From Candidatus Latescibacterota bacterium (lineage in GTDB: Bacteria > Latescibacterota > UBA2968 > UBA8231): a stretch of 64,000 nt of DNA. A program made the translations under genes and the position numbers. The stretch is taken from the NCBI GenBank assembly GCA_965208105.1, contig OZ242318.1, forward strand, positions 1,920,001 through 1,984,000. The letters run 5' to 3'. Each line of letters begins with the position of its first letter. Within the stretch, counting starts at the first letter, position 1. Of the stretch, positions 1-10,126 are shown piece by piece. The notes beneath the pieces were generated by a model. That model ran no database searches and was not told the origin of the DNA. It worked only from the letters and a program-made list of their open reading frames with translations.

Positions 1-601
1 CCCGGTCATAGGCGCCGATCCGGCCATCGGCGGATTGCTCGCCGGCCGCCAGCAGATTGGTCTTCACGAACCCCGGCTCCACCAGGGAAACGTGGATATG
101 GAACGGCCTGACCTCGTTGAAGAGGGCCTCGCTGTATCCTTCGAGGGCGAACTTGCTGGCGGAGTAAAACCCGAGGAAGGGCACCGCGGACAGCCCGGCG
201 AGGGAGCTTATGTTGATGATGCGGCCGCCTCCCTGGCCGCGCATGACGGGCAGCACCGCCTCGACCATCCGAACCAGGCCGAAGAAATTGGTCTCGAACT
301 GCCCCCTGGCCTCCTCCAGGGCCGTTTCCTCGACGGCCCCTCGGAGGACATAGCCGGCATTGTTGACGAGCACGTCCAGGCGCCCGGCGCGCTCCAGCAC
401 CGCCTTCACGCAGTCGGACACCGACTCCCCCGAGCGCACGTCGAGGGGCAGCATCTCCACGCCGTCCATCATCCCGGTGCGCACCCGGCTCGTCCCGAAA
501 ACGGTGCAGCCCGCGCGCTGGAGCAGGCGGGCAACGGCCTGGCCGATGCCGGAGGAGGCCCCGGTGACGAGGACCACCCTGGAGCCCGGCCCGTCCTTCA
601 C
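1..601 (-). CDS. Short-chain dehydrogenase/reductase (partial, runs off window start)
   Basis: Not in the ORF track. My minus-strand translation from GTG at 601 gives MKDGPGSRVVLVTGASSGIGQAVARLL (TGxxxGxG) and FYSASKFALEGYSEAL (YxxxK). GTGA overlaps the upstream stop. Confidence 0.9.
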   Translation of the reverse strand, partial: MKDGPGSRVVLVTGASSGIGQAVARLLQRAGCTVFGTSRVRTGMMDGVEMLPLDVRSGESVSDCVKAVLERAGRLDVLVNNAGYVLRGAVEETALEEARGQFETNFFGLVRMVEAVLPVMRGQGGGRIINISSLAGLSAVPFLGFYSASKFALEGYSEALFNEVRPFHIHVSLVEPGFVKTNLLAAGEQSADGRIGAYDR

Positions 602-1473
602 CTCCGCCGGCGGCCGGGCTTCCATTTCCTCAGCTGCCGTTTCCACGCCCGGTCCACCTCTGTCATCACCGCCTGGGCGTCCTTCCAGCGATTGCCGAAG
701 ACCGAGAGGGCGTAGCCGGCGGGAATCTGCTCGGGACAGACGAACATCTCGCGTCCGGGAGCGGCGGCCTGCAGCCAGCAGGCGATGACCTCCTCGGCGA
801 ACTCGAGCCAGTCGAGGAATTCCGGGGTCAGCCTTCCGCCCCTGCCCAGGGCAGGGATCTGGGCGTGGTGGCCGTTGAAGGGCCTGAAGTGAAACTGCTG
901 GGCGTACTGGATCAGATCGGGACGCTCGGCCAGGCGGTCCCAATAGGGTGGCGAGAGGTGCTTTATGACGGCCGGATGGGAGAAGTCCCAGGTCATCTTC
1001 AGGGGCCGTTTCTCCGCCCTCTCGAATCCCGAGGCCAGGGCATAGGTTTTCTCCGGGGTCTCGGTGCAGGTATCGCGATGCACCTCGATGGCTACATCCA
1101 TCCCGAGCTCGTCGGCGGCGGCCATCACCCGCCGGGCAACCTCCACCGCCCGCCTGGTGGGGGTGTCGTGGTCGAGCATCTGCACGTTGACGCAGCGGGC
1201 GCCGGCCTCCTGGATGGCCCTGAACTTGGGTTTGATCTCCCGGATGCCGCCGATATCGGAGGTGGCGGCGAAGAGCATCCCCGATTCCTCCACCATCTCG
1301 CGGGTAATCATGGGCACGCGCCCGGTGAACCCGTCGAAGCCGGCTTCCTTGATGCGCCGCAGCTTCTCCTCCGTACTCCACTCTCCCTTCCTGCCGCCGT
1401 ATTCCGCCAGGCTGCCGAGACTCGCCATGTGGCGAATCACGGGTTTTTCCACCCTCTTCCGGGTCTTTGCCAT
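598..1473 (-). CDS. Sugar-phosphate isomerase/epimerase (xylose-isomerase-like TIM barrel)
   Basis: IKEAGFDG, EVHRDT, WDFSH and HFR motifs typical of AP-endonuclease-2/TIM-barrel epimerases. Confidence 0.7.
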   Translation of the reverse strand: MAKTRKRVEKPVIRHMASLGSLAEYGGRKGEWSTEEKLRRIKEAGFDGFTGRVPMITREMVEESGMLFAATSDIGGIREIKPKFRAIQEAGARCVNVQMLDHDTPTRRAVEVARRVMAAADELGMDVAIEVHRDTCTETPEKTYALASGFERAEKRPLKMTWDFSHPAVIKHLSPPYWDRLAERPDLIQYAQQFHFRPFNGHHAQIPALGRGGRLTPEFLDWLEFAEEVIACWLQAAAPGREMFVCPEQIPAGYALSVFGNRWKDAQAVMTEVDRAWKRQLRKWKPGRRRR

Positions 1474-1520
1474 TACTCGCTCCTTTCACCAGGTGAACTT
1501 GCGTTGCCCCTGAAAACCGC

Positions 1521-3422
1521 TCACTCTCGCAGTACCCTGACGTCCCCCCTCCGTTCGGTGAATCCCTCGCGGTCGAAATAGCCCAGAAGCGCCAGGGCGT
1601 ACCTGCGGTTGCCGGCGATCAGGTCGCGAAAATCGGCCACCGTGATCTCATTCTTCCGGCGCAGATAGCGGCGCAGTTTCTCCCGCATGGCCTCCAGGGT
1701 CTCGGCGTGCAGGATCAGGCCGCCCTCCAGGGTTGCCACCCGCCCCAGGCTCTGCATGGCGCGCAGCAAGTCTTCCATCTCCGAATGGTCGACCCGCAGC
1801 CGTTGGGCCAACTCTTCCGCCCCGGGCATCTCGGCGAATCCGGCGGTTTTCAGGGCATTCTCGATCTGCTCCTTCAGTCCTTCTTCCTCCGCGGTCAGGC
1901 GGATGCGGTGCGAAGCTGCGCGCACCACCGCAGCATCCACGGCGATGCTGCCGGCGTCCTCCATGGCTTCGAACAGGCGGTCGAAGAGGACCGGGTGCAG
2001 ACTGCGCGCGCATAGGTTGCGCCACTCCTCCCGGCGCAGGCCCTGCTTCAGCGGGTTGCGACGGTGGAAATTCCGCAAGCCGGCCTCGACGCGCCGGCTC
2101 AGCTCATCCCAGACCTCGGAGTGCAGCGCGCACAACTCGTTGTCGACCTGCATCAGCACCGCCCGTCCGCCGCGCTCCAGATCGTCAAGCACCTCTTCGA
2201 CCCGCTCCAGGCCCTGTCCCATGTCGCCGGCCAGCCCACTGCGGGAACTCAGCCTCTCCGCGGCCAGGCGCAGCTTTGCCTCGACCGCCTCTTCGAGAGC
2301 GCTGGTCTCGAGGGCGGCGAGTTGCCCTCCGAGGGCAGGGTCGAGGCGCCTGTGCTTCTGCGGATGCGGCTCCAGGACCAGCCCGCCCCCGATGGTCAGG
2401 GCCGGCGAGTAGCGCCGGATCACGAAGCGGTCTCCCCAGACGGCGACCACCGGCGCCTCCAGCCGCAGCTGCACCAGGGAATCCGCCCCCGGGGCCAGGA
2501 CCTCCCCCTCGAGCAGCACCACGCGGGCCATGATCTCCCGGGTGCCGAGGTGCAGCCGCACCCGCGTGCGCTGGGTCAGCTCCCTCGGGCTCGAGGGCAG
2601 CAGGCGCAAACGCGCGTCTATCATGTGGGTGGGCCTGAAGTATCCTGGACTGGCGACCAGGTCGCCGCGCCTCACGTCGGTCTCGTCGACTCCGGGCAGG
2701 TTGACCGCGGCGCGGTCTCCGCTGCGGACCGCCTCTACCGGCGTGCCGTGCTTCTGCAGTCCGCGGGCGCGAATGGGGCGGCCCGCCGGCTGCAGCTCAA
2801 CCCCCTCGCCCTCGCCCAGGCTGCCGGAAACCACCGTACCCGTGGCCACCATGCCGAATCCCTTGACCCGGAAGGTGCGATCCACCGGCAGGCGGAATGG
2901 GCCCGCGGCGCGTTTCTCGACCGTGGCCTCGACCAGGGTCTGGAGACGGCGCTCGAGGGCCTCGATCCCGGCTCCGCTCAGGGCGGACACCCGCATGATG
3001 TCCTCCCCTTCCAGGAAGCTGCCCCGCACCAGCTCGCGGATATCCTCTTCCACGAGCTCGATCCACTCCTCTTCCACCAGGTCGATCTTGTTGAGCACCA
3101 CGAGACCGCGCTTCACCCCCAGGAGATTGAGGATATCCAGGTGCTCGCGCGACTGCGGCATGACCCCGTCGTCGGCGGCGATGACGAACAGGCCCAGGTC
3201 GATGGAGCTGACCCCGGCCACCATGGTCTTGACGAAGCGCTCGTGGCCGGGCACGTCGACGATGGTGGCTTCGTCGCCGAAAAAGGCAAAGCCCAGCTCG
3301 ATGGTTATGCCGCGGGCCTTTTCCTCGGGAGCCCGGTCGGTATCGACCCCGGTGAGCGCCTTCACCAGCAGGGTCTTGCCGTGGTCGATGTGTCCTGCGG
3401 TACCTATAATGGTGTGGGGCAT
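1521..3422 (-). CDS. selB: Selenocysteine-specific translation elongation factor SelB
   Basis: Starts MPHTIIGTAGHIDHGKT. Contains EEKARGITIELGFA, DVPGHERF, NKID and a long C-terminal winged-helix extension ending RRYALALLGYFDREGFTERRGDVR. ATG at 3422 gives 633 aa. Confidence 0.96.
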   Translation of the reverse strand: MPHTIIGTAGHIDHGKTLLVKALTGVDTDRAPEEKARGITIELGFAFFGDEATIVDVPGHERFVKTMVAGVSSIDLGLFVIAADDGVMPQSREHLDILNLLGVKRGLVVLNKIDLVEEEWIELVEEDIRELVRGSFLEGEDIMRVSALSGAGIEALERRLQTLVEATVEKRAAGPFRLPVDRTFRVKGFGMVATGTVVSGSLGEGEGVELQPAGRPIRARGLQKHGTPVEAVRSGDRAAVNLPGVDETDVRRGDLVASPGYFRPTHMIDARLRLLPSSPRELTQRTRVRLHLGTREIMARVVLLEGEVLAPGADSLVQLRLEAPVVAVWGDRFVIRRYSPALTIGGGLVLEPHPQKHRRLDPALGGQLAALETSALEEAVEAKLRLAAERLSSRSGLAGDMGQGLERVEEVLDDLERGGRAVLMQVDNELCALHSEVWDELSRRVEAGLRNFHRRNPLKQGLRREEWRNLCARSLHPVLFDRLFEAMEDAGSIAVDAAVVRAASHRIRLTAEEEGLKEQIENALKTAGFAEMPGAEELAQRLRVDHSEMEDLLRAMQSLGRVATLEGGLILHAETLEAMREKLRRYLRRKNEITVADFRDLIAGNRRYALALLGYFDREGFTERRGDVRVLRE

Positions 3423-3558
3423 AACTGCTTGCGAGAACTCAATTTTCCTGGGGAACGGACTTCGAGGTAAAATATCTCGGTGGCCCATTCCGCACAATAG
3501 CTGTTGAAGCCAGCTTCCATCTGCGTATATTCCTTCGAGAACCCGGGAGGAGAGCATC

Positions 3559-4191
3559 ATGGCCGAGGTACTGAGCATCGACCCCCTGCACCTCAAAGGG
3601 CGCCACATCAAGCGCGCGGTGGACGTCCTCAACGACGGCGGCGTCATCGTCTATCCCACCGACACCATCTACGGCCTGGGCTGCGACATCACCAGCAAGA
3701 AGGCGGTGGAGCAGACCCGCCGCATCAAGGGCCGGGACTCCAAGAAACCCATGTCGTTCGTGTGCGCCGACCTGGCCAACATCAGCCAGTACGCCCGGGT
3801 TTCGAACTTCGCCTACCGGATACTGAAGCGCTGCCTTCCGGGTCCCTACACCTTCGTGCTGCCCGCCACCAAGGATACCCCCCGCATCCTGCAGACGCGG
3901 CAGAAGACCGTGGGGCTGCGGGTCCCCGACCATCCCGTGCCGCTCGCCCTGGTGAGCCAACTGGGGCGTCCCATCCTCAGCACCAGCGCCAACTACACCG
4001 ACCACGAGGTCATCACCGACCCGGGCGAGCTGGAGCAGACCCTGGGACGAAGGGTGGACCTCATCCTCGAATGCGGCCAGCTCCCCGTCCTCCCCTCCAG
4101 CGTCATCTCCCTGGTCGACGACGAGGTGAACATCCTGCGCGCCGGCAAGGGCGACCTCGGTTTTTTCAAGGAGGAGCATGAGGACGCTTAG
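3559..4191 (+). CDS. L-threonylcarbamoyladenylate synthase family (Sua5/YciO/YrdC)
   Basis: YPTDTIYGLGCD, PGPYT, VGLRVPD and STSAN motifs; GGAG SD upstream. Confidence 0.93.
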   Translation: MAEVLSIDPLHLKGRHIKRAVDVLNDGGVIVYPTDTIYGLGCDITSKKAVEQTRRIKGRDSKKPMSFVCADLANISQYARVSNFAYRILKRCLPGPYTFVLPATKDTPRILQTRQKTVGLRVPDHPVPLALVSQLGRPILSTSANYTDHEVITDPGELEQTLGRRVDLILECGQLPVLPSSVISLVDDEVNILRAGKGDLGFFKEEHEDA

Positions 4192-6583
4192 GCTCGTTCC
4201 GCTCCTGTTTCTCGGCGCTTCGGCGCTGGGGGGACAGTCCTTCTCTCCCTATTCGGCGCAAAGCGAGTTTCTCCCGGGTCCACCGGGGGCCCTGGGATCG
4301 GGGCTGCAGGGATACGTCAATCCCGCCCTGCTGGCATACGTGGAGCAGCACGAGACCAGCCTGGCCTGGACCACCGGTTCCGCCCGCGGAAAGTGGGGCC
4401 TGTTCAGCGCTTTCCCCCACCTGGGATTCGGCCTCGTCCACCGCGACCTGCCGGGGAAGAACCTGACCGACTACCGGCTCTCCATGGCCGCCGGCGACCG
4501 CCGCGCCAGCCTGGGATTCGCCTACGGATGGTCGGCCGGCAACACGCGATACCTCGGACGCCGGAACCACCTCGTCAGCGGCGCTCTCCTGCGCCCGTCC
4601 AGACACCTCTCCGCCGGCGCCACCTTCACCGCCACCACGGGCTTCTCCGAGCCCCAGGGCACCCTCGATCTGGCTCTGCGCCCCCTGGGCGACGAGCGCC
4701 TGACCCTCTTCGCCGACGGCGGCATGGCAGATCGGGGGGTTGAGGATGCGGAAACCTTCTGGAGTGCCGGCGCCGCCCTGGAGCTGTTGCAGGGCGTGGT
4801 CATCAGCGGCCGCTACCTGGACGGCGGCAGCATCGGCCTGGGCCTGGACCTGAGTCTCGGCACCCTCGGCTATCAGACCCGCTCCCGCTTCGACGAAGAA
4901 GGGGAGCGCGGCCTGTCCACCCATGCTCTCCGGCTGGGCCCCCCCGAGTCCAACTTCCTCCGCAGCCGCCTGCAATCCGGGCGCCGCTACCTGAACCTCG
5001 ACCTCCTGGGTCCGACCCACCACCGGCGCTTCGTCCTGTTCGATGACGCCCGCACCCTCTCCTCCCTCCTGGACCTGATCGGCCGCGCCGAGGACGACCC
5101 GGCCATCGGCGGCATCGCCATCAATCTCTCGGGGATGAGGATAAATCCCGAGATGGCCTGGGAACTGCGCTCCCGGCTCCTGGAGTTCAAACAGGCGGGC
5201 AAACACGTGGTGGCCTACCTGGACCGGGCCTCCATCAGGGGCTATCACTTCGCCTCGGTGGCCGACCGCATCGTCATGGATCCGGCGGGCACCATCGCCC
5301 TCGAAGGCTTCGTCGCCGGTCAGACCTACTTCAAGGGCGCGCTGGAGAAACTGGGCATCGGCTTCGACGAATGGCGATTCTTCAAGTACAAGTCCGCCTT
5401 CGAGTCCCTTTCCAGGGAGGGCATGTCCGCGGCAGACCGCGAGCAACTGCAGGCCCTGATCGACGACTTCTACGGGCTCGCACGCGAGGAGATCTGCGCC
5501 CAGCGGCGGCTCGACCCGGAGGAGTTCGACCGCCTGGTCGACGAGGAGACCTTGTTCCTGGCGCAGGACGCCCTCGAGAAGGGGCTGGTGGACCGGTTGG
5601 GACGCTGGGATGAGGTGGAGGAAGCCATAGCGGAGCTGGAGGGAGGCGAGCGCGAGCTGCTCGACCCGGAGTCCTACTCCCGCCCCAGGGACGAGAGCTG
5701 GGGCCGCAAACCGCGGATCGCGGTGGTCTATGCCCTGGGAATCTGCGCCCTCGACGAGGGCATCAAAGCGCGGCGGCTGGCAAGGGAAATCGAGGCGGTG
5801 GCGGACAACTCGAGCATCGAAGCCATGGTCCTGCGGGTGGACTCCCCGGGGGGAGACGCGCTGGCTTCCGACCTGGTGGCCCAGGCATTGAAGAAGTGCA
5901 GGGAGGAGAAACCCGTAATCGTCTCCCAGGGATACGTCGCCGCTTCGGGAGGATACTGGTTATCCATGTACGGGGACGCCATCGTTGCCGCCCCGAACAC
6001 CATCACCGGCTCCATCGGCGTCATAGGCGGCTGGATCTACAACCGGGACCTCAAGGAAAAACTGGGGATGTCCACCGACCACGTCAGGAGGGGGGAACAC
6101 GCCGACCTGGGATTCGGCCTGACCGTGCCCTGGGTCGGGCTGCAGCTGCCCGACCGCAACCTGACCGACGCCGAGAAGCAGAAGACGGAACGGACCATCC
6201 GCACGCTCTACGCCGACTTCGTCGCCAAGGTGGCGGCCGGCCGCGGCAGGTCCCCCGAGGAAATCGAACCCCTGGCCCAGGGCAGGGTGTGGTCGGGGAT
6301 GCGCGCCCTGGAGCACGGTCTCGTCGACCGCCTCGGCGGCCTCGACACCGCCATCCACCTGGCCAAGGAGAAGGCCGGGCTCGACCCCGATGAGGAAATC
6401 AGCCTGGTCGAACTCCCCCGTCCCGCGCTCCTGGACCCCGGGCTGCTGCAACCAGGACCCGTAGCGGGTCCCGGTCCCCTCTTCGACCACCTCCGCTACC
6501 GCCTCGACCACAACGGCCGCCCCCTTCTGCTGATGCCCTCCACCAGCCTGGACCAGTACAGCCTGGAACCGCCGCGAGACTAG
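4178..6583 (+). CDS. sppA: Signal peptide peptidase SppA (S49) with N-terminal exported beta-rich domain
   Basis: N-terminal signal peptide; tandem S49 domains with KYKSA, LRVDSPGG, AASGGYW, TGSIGV and AQGRVWSG. Confidence 0.88.
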   Translation: MRTLRLVPLLFLGASALGGQSFSPYSAQSEFLPGPPGALGSGLQGYVNPALLAYVEQHETSLAWTTGSARGKWGLFSAFPHLGFGLVHRDLPGKNLTDYRLSMAAGDRRASLGFAYGWSAGNTRYLGRRNHLVSGALLRPSRHLSAGATFTATTGFSEPQGTLDLALRPLGDERLTLFADGGMADRGVEDAETFWSAGAALELLQGVVISGRYLDGGSIGLGLDLSLGTLGYQTRSRFDEEGERGLSTHALRLGPPESNFLRSRLQSGRRYLNLDLLGPTHHRRFVLFDDARTLSSLLDLIGRAEDDPAIGGIAINLSGMRINPEMAWELRSRLLEFKQAGKHVVAYLDRASIRGYHFASVADRIVMDPAGTIALEGFVAGQTYFKGALEKLGIGFDEWRFFKYKSAFESLSREGMSAADREQLQALIDDFYGLAREEICAQRRLDPEEFDRLVDEETLFLAQDALEKGLVDRLGRWDEVEEAIAELEGGERELLDPESYSRPRDESWGRKPRIAVVYALGICALDEGIKARRLAREIEAVADNSSIEAMVLRVDSPGGDALASDLVAQALKKCREEKPVIVSQGYVAASGGYWLSMYGDAIVAAPNTITGSIGVIGGWIYNRDLKEKLGMSTDHVRRGEHADLGFGLTVPWVGLQLPDRNLTDAEKQKTERTIRTLYADFVAKVAAGRGRSPEEIEPLAQGRVWSGMRALEHGLVDRLGGLDTAIHLAKEKAGLDPDEEISLVELPRPALLDPGLLQPGPVAGPGPLFDHLRYRLDHNGRPLLLMPSTSLDQYSLEPPRD

Positions 6584-6598
6584 GGACCCTAATTCCCC

Positions 6599-7423
6599 TC
6601 AATCCTCCCCCAGGGTCATCCCTCCCGTCTCGGACTCCGCCCAGGCCCCGATCGCCATCATCCCGCCGTCCACGCACACGTACTCCCCGGTCATGAACGA
6701 TGCCTTGTCGCTGGCCAGAAAAACCACCACGTTGGCGATCTCCTCGGGCCTGCCGATGCGATTCATCGGGTGCGCCTTGCCCAGCAGCTCCTTCATCTCC
6801 GCTTCATCGACCCCCGAGGCTTCGATGGACTCGGCCACCATATTGGTGTCGATGGTCCCGGGATTGACCGCGAGTACGCGGATGTTGTTCTTGGCGTATT
6901 CCAGCGCCAGCTGCCGGTTCATGGAGAGAATCCCCCCCTTGCTGGCCGCGTAAGCCGACACCCCCAGTGCGGACTGCAGCCCCTGGACGCTGGCGGTGTT
7001 GACGATCACCCCGCCGCCGTGCTCGATCATCCCCGGCACGCAGAGCCTGGTCATCAGGAAATAGCTCTTCAGATTCACGTCGATGATGCGGTCCCACTGC
7101 TCCTCGGTCAACTCGTGGGCGGGCACGTAGCTGGCCAGGGGTTGGATCCCCACGTTGTTGCACAGCACGTCCACCGGTCCCCACTCCGACGCCACGGCCG
7201 AGACCAGCCCCTGGCACTCGGCGTTCCTGGCCACGTCGGCCTTGTGAAAGCGGATCTCTCCCGCCAGGTCCGCACCATCCTCGACGACCTTGCCGCCGGC
7301 ATCCTCGTCGATATCGGCGCAGGCCACCCGGGCGCCCTCCCGGGCAAAGCCCAGGCAGATGGCTCGGCCGATTCCCATGCCCCCGCCCGTTACGATAACC
7401 ACCTTGTCGTTGAACTCCGCCAT
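6599..7423 (-). CDS. SDR family oxidoreductase
   Basis: MAEFNDKVVIVTGGGMGIG, YAASK and PGTIDT; GAAAGGAG SD before ATG 7423. Confidence 0.92.
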   Translation of the reverse strand: MAEFNDKVVIVTGGGMGIGRAICLGFAREGARVACADIDEDAGGKVVEDGADLAGEIRFHKADVARNAECQGLVSAVASEWGPVDVLCNNVGIQPLASYVPAHELTEEQWDRIIDVNLKSYFLMTRLCVPGMIEHGGGVIVNTASVQGLQSALGVSAYAASKGGILSMNRQLALEYAKNNIRVLAVNPGTIDTNMVAESIEASGVDEAEMKELLGKAHPMNRIGRPEEIANVVVFLASDKASFMTGEYVCVDGGMMAIGAWAESETGGMTLGED

Positions 7424-7492
7424 GACGCGCTCCTTTCTCAAAAGTTTTCCGCCGGAGCGAGGCCCGGGGGAATCCGTCGCGCTCCCCCGAAG

Positions 7493-7520
7493 TTGACCTC
7501 GCGGCAATAGCCCATATTAT
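7493..7520 (+). promoter_or_regulatory. Putative sigma70-type promoter for the FIST gene
   Basis: TTGACC (7493-7498), 16 nt, TATTAT (7515-7520), upstream of AGGAG SD and ATG 7557. Confidence 0.5.
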
Positions 7521-7556
7521 AACAACGCGGAGCATACTTTTTCCAGGAGAAAATCG

Positions 7557-8747
7557 ATGCAGTGGGCCTCGGCTCTCTCGTCCCAGCCGGACGCGGGCAT
7601 GGCTCTCACCGAATTGAAGCGCGCCCTCTCCGAGCAACTGGACGGAGCCCGCCCGGACCTGGTGTTCGCCTTCGTCTCGCCGCAGTACAGCTCCAGCTAT
7701 GCCGCCATCCCCGACCTCGTCCACAACCATTTCTCCCCCGCGTGCTTCATCGGCTGCACCGCCATGGGAGTCATCGGCGGAGGCCGGGAAATCGAGCAGC
7801 ACATCGCCGGCAACCCGGCCTTCTCCCTGACCGCGGCCGTGTTGCCGGATGTCGACATCCGCGCCTTCCACCTCGAATCAGGGGACCTTCCCGACGCCGA
7901 CGCCGGCCCCGAGGTGTGGGTCGAGGCCCTGGGAGTCCCGCGGCAGCCCCGGGCCCACTTCCTGCTCCTCGCCGATCCCCACTCCTTCGACCCGCAGCCC
8001 CTGCTGATGGGGCTGGATTTCGCCTACGGCGACGCCACCAAGATCGGCGGCCTGGCCTCGGCCATGGAGGCGAACTGCCTCTTCCTCGACGGCGAGTCCC
8101 ATGGATCCGGACTGGTGGGCCTGGCGCTGCAGGGCAACATAGAGGTGGATACGGTGGTGGCGCAGGGCTGCCGCCCCATCGGCGAGCCCATGACCATCAC
8201 CGAGTGCCGGCACAATCTCATCATTCAGCTCGACGAGCGGCCGGCTGCCCAGGTGCTGGTGGAACTCTTTCAGACCCTCTCGCCCGAAGACCAGGAGCTG
8301 CTGCGCCACGCACTCCACCTGGGGATCGCCTCCACCGAGTTCAAGGTGAAATTCGAGCAGGGCGACTTTCTGATCCGCAACGTCCTGAACCTGGACCAGG
8401 AGAAGGGCTTCATAGCCGTCGGCGACGTTCCGCGCAACGGGCAGACGGTGCAGTTCCACCTGCGCGACGCCCGCACCGCGGCCGAGGACCTGGAACTCAT
8501 GCTGGGGAACTATGGCAGGAATCCGGCCCCCACCGCGCCGTCGGGCGCCCTGCTGTTCACCTGCAACGGCCGCGGAGAATACCTGTTCGGGCAGGGCAAC
8601 CACGACTCCGGGGTCTTCGTGGACAAGGTGGGGGAGGTTCCCCTCGGCGGGTTTTTCTGCGGCGGCGAGATCGGCCAGGTGGGATCCTCGACCTACCTGC
8701 ACGGCTATACCAGCTCATTCGGCATTTTCAGGCCCCTCGAAAGCTAG
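7557..8747 (+). CDS. FIST (FIST_N + FIST_C) signal-sensing protein
   Basis: IGCTAMGVIG, IGGLAS, VAQGCRPIG, LLFTCNGRG and GFFCGGEIG..YLHGYT are characteristic FIST motifs. Confidence 0.92.
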   Translation: MQWASALSSQPDAGMALTELKRALSEQLDGARPDLVFAFVSPQYSSSYAAIPDLVHNHFSPACFIGCTAMGVIGGGREIEQHIAGNPAFSLTAAVLPDVDIRAFHLESGDLPDADAGPEVWVEALGVPRQPRAHFLLLADPHSFDPQPLLMGLDFAYGDATKIGGLASAMEANCLFLDGESHGSGLVGLALQGNIEVDTVVAQGCRPIGEPMTITECRHNLIIQLDERPAAQVLVELFQTLSPEDQELLRHALHLGIASTEFKVKFEQGDFLIRNVLNLDQEKGFIAVGDVPRNGQTVQFHLRDARTAAEDLELMLGNYGRNPAPTAPSGALLFTCNGRGEYLFGQGNHDSGVFVDKVGEVPLGGFFCGGEIGQVGSSTYLHGYTSSFGIFRPLES

Positions 8748-9319
8748 AGCCTGCGCCGGCCGCCCAGGGCTGCGCTGTGCAGGGTCGCGTACTCGGCCCC
8801 CCGCGGCCGCAGCCGGCTCTCCATCAGGTGCAGCGCCTCGACCTCGAAGGAGCAATCGGGCGGCTGCCGCATCCAGTCCCCCGCGGGCGGCCGGGCCCCG
8901 TCGCGCACGCGCCCCAGGGTCAGGTGCGGCCGGAATGCCCGGTCTTCCCCTTCCCAGCCCAGGGGCCGCACCATCCGATCCACCGCTTCCTTGAGATGCA
9001 CCAAGCGCCCTTGCGGATCCTGCAGGCCCACCCAGATGACCCGCGGCCGGCGCAGGTCGGGAAAAGTCCCCAGGCCCTCGAGCCGCAGCATGAATGGGGC
9101 GGATTCGGCAGCCGCCGAATCCAGGCCGGCGCCCAGGGCGGGCACCAGGTCCGGGTCGGTCGCCCCCAGGAACCTCAGTGTCAGGTGAATATTCCGCGGC
9201 CTCACCCAGCGCACGGCGCGCCGCGGCCAGCGCTCAGCCAAGGCGTCGCTCAGCCGCGCCAGCGCAGCCAGCGCGTCGTCCGTCAGGTTGACCGCGATGA
9301 AGGTGCGCAGGGGAGCCAC
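8744..9319 (-). CDS. thpR: RNA 2',3'-cyclic phosphodiesterase (2H phosphoesterase)
   Basis: RTFIA start; two HxT motifs (HLTLRFLG, PHLTLGR). Confidence 0.93.
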   Translation of the reverse strand: MAPLRTFIAVNLTDDALAALARLSDALAERWPRRAVRWVRPRNIHLTLRFLGATDPDLVPALGAGLDSAAAESAPFMLRLEGLGTFPDLRRPRVIWVGLQDPQGRLVHLKEAVDRMVRPLGWEGEDRAFRPHLTLGRVRDGARPPAGDWMRQPPDCSFEVEALHLMESRLRPRGAEYATLHSAALGGRRRL

Positions 9320-9322
9320 CGC

Positions 9323-10126
9323 TCAGCGCGCTCCGCAGGCCTTGAGGCAGGCGTTGAGATATCCCCTGCTCTCGGCGGCGATCGCCGCGACCCGGGGCAG
9401 CTCGTAGCCGCCGGCGCCGATGATCTCCAGGTTGGCGGCCACGTCGGTCCCGGCACCCTGCAGCACCCGGAGGTAGCCGAAGAGGTCTATGCGGCCGCGG
9501 CCGCAGCCCTGCATCTCGGGCGCTCCCGGACCCTGCTCTTCGCGGCTGAGGCAGTCGCGGATGTGGACGTGGCCGACCCGGTCCAGCACCGCCTCGAGCG
9601 CCTCCACCGGGTCCTCTCCGGCGCGGTAGATGTGGCTGGGGTCCATGTCGACCCCGAACCCCGGAGAGTCGATGCATTCCATGGCCCTGAGGGTGGTGGG
9701 AGTGTCGTAGATGCACTGGCCGACGTGGGCCTTGACGCAGAGTTTCACCCCGTACTCCACGGCCTTTTCCGCCATTCTGGCGATCAGTTCGGTCTGGACC
9801 CGGAAATCCTCCTCCACCCCGCTCTTTCCCCCCGGGCCGATATTCACCACCGGAATGCCCAGGGCCGCGGCGGCGTCATAGGCCCGCATCAGCCGGTCCT
9901 CGTCCAGGGCCGCCTCTTCCATGGCCAGCAGTTCCAGCCCGTATTTCTCCGACAGCTCCCGTATCGGCCGGACCTGGGAGGCGTAGCTGTCGAGCTGCAG
10001 GTGCTCGCACATGCCCTTGATGGCCGCCAGCTCCACCCCGTCGTACCCCGCCCAGGCAATGTAGCGCATGGCCGTCTCCAGATCGCATCCGGCAAACAAC
10101 ACTGAATTGGCGCCCAACTTCACCAT
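9323..10126 (-). CDS. Sugar-phosphate isomerase/epimerase (TIM barrel)
   Basis: AGYDGVEL, DMDPSH, HVHIRD and GRGRID. Confidence 0.85.
   Translation of the reverse strand: MVKLGANSVLFAGCDLETAMRYIAWAGYDGVELAAIKGMCEHLQLDSYASQVRPIRELSEKYGLELLAMEEAALDEDRLMRAYDAAAALGIPVVNIGPGGKSGVEEDFRVQTELIARMAEKAVEYGVKLCVKAHVGQCIYDTPTTLRAMECIDSPGFGVDMDPSHIYRAGEDPVEALEAVLDRVGHVHIRDCLSREEQGPGAPEMQGCGRGRIDLFGYLRVLQGAGTDVAANLEIIGAGGYELPRVAAIAAESRGYLNACLKACGAR

Noticed and set aside
35-715. Long alternative-frame and antisense ORFs in the track (e.g. 35-715, 7562-10105, 15803-17899, 33003-35024, 39376-41850, 46795-49491, 53018-54916)
   Set aside because: These are GC-rich shadow ORFs overlapping well-supported genes, with no family motifs.
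3423-3647. N-terminal extension of SelB given by the ORF track
   Set aside because: It overlaps the divergent Sua5 gene; SelB homology begins at MPHTIIGTAGH (ATG 3422).
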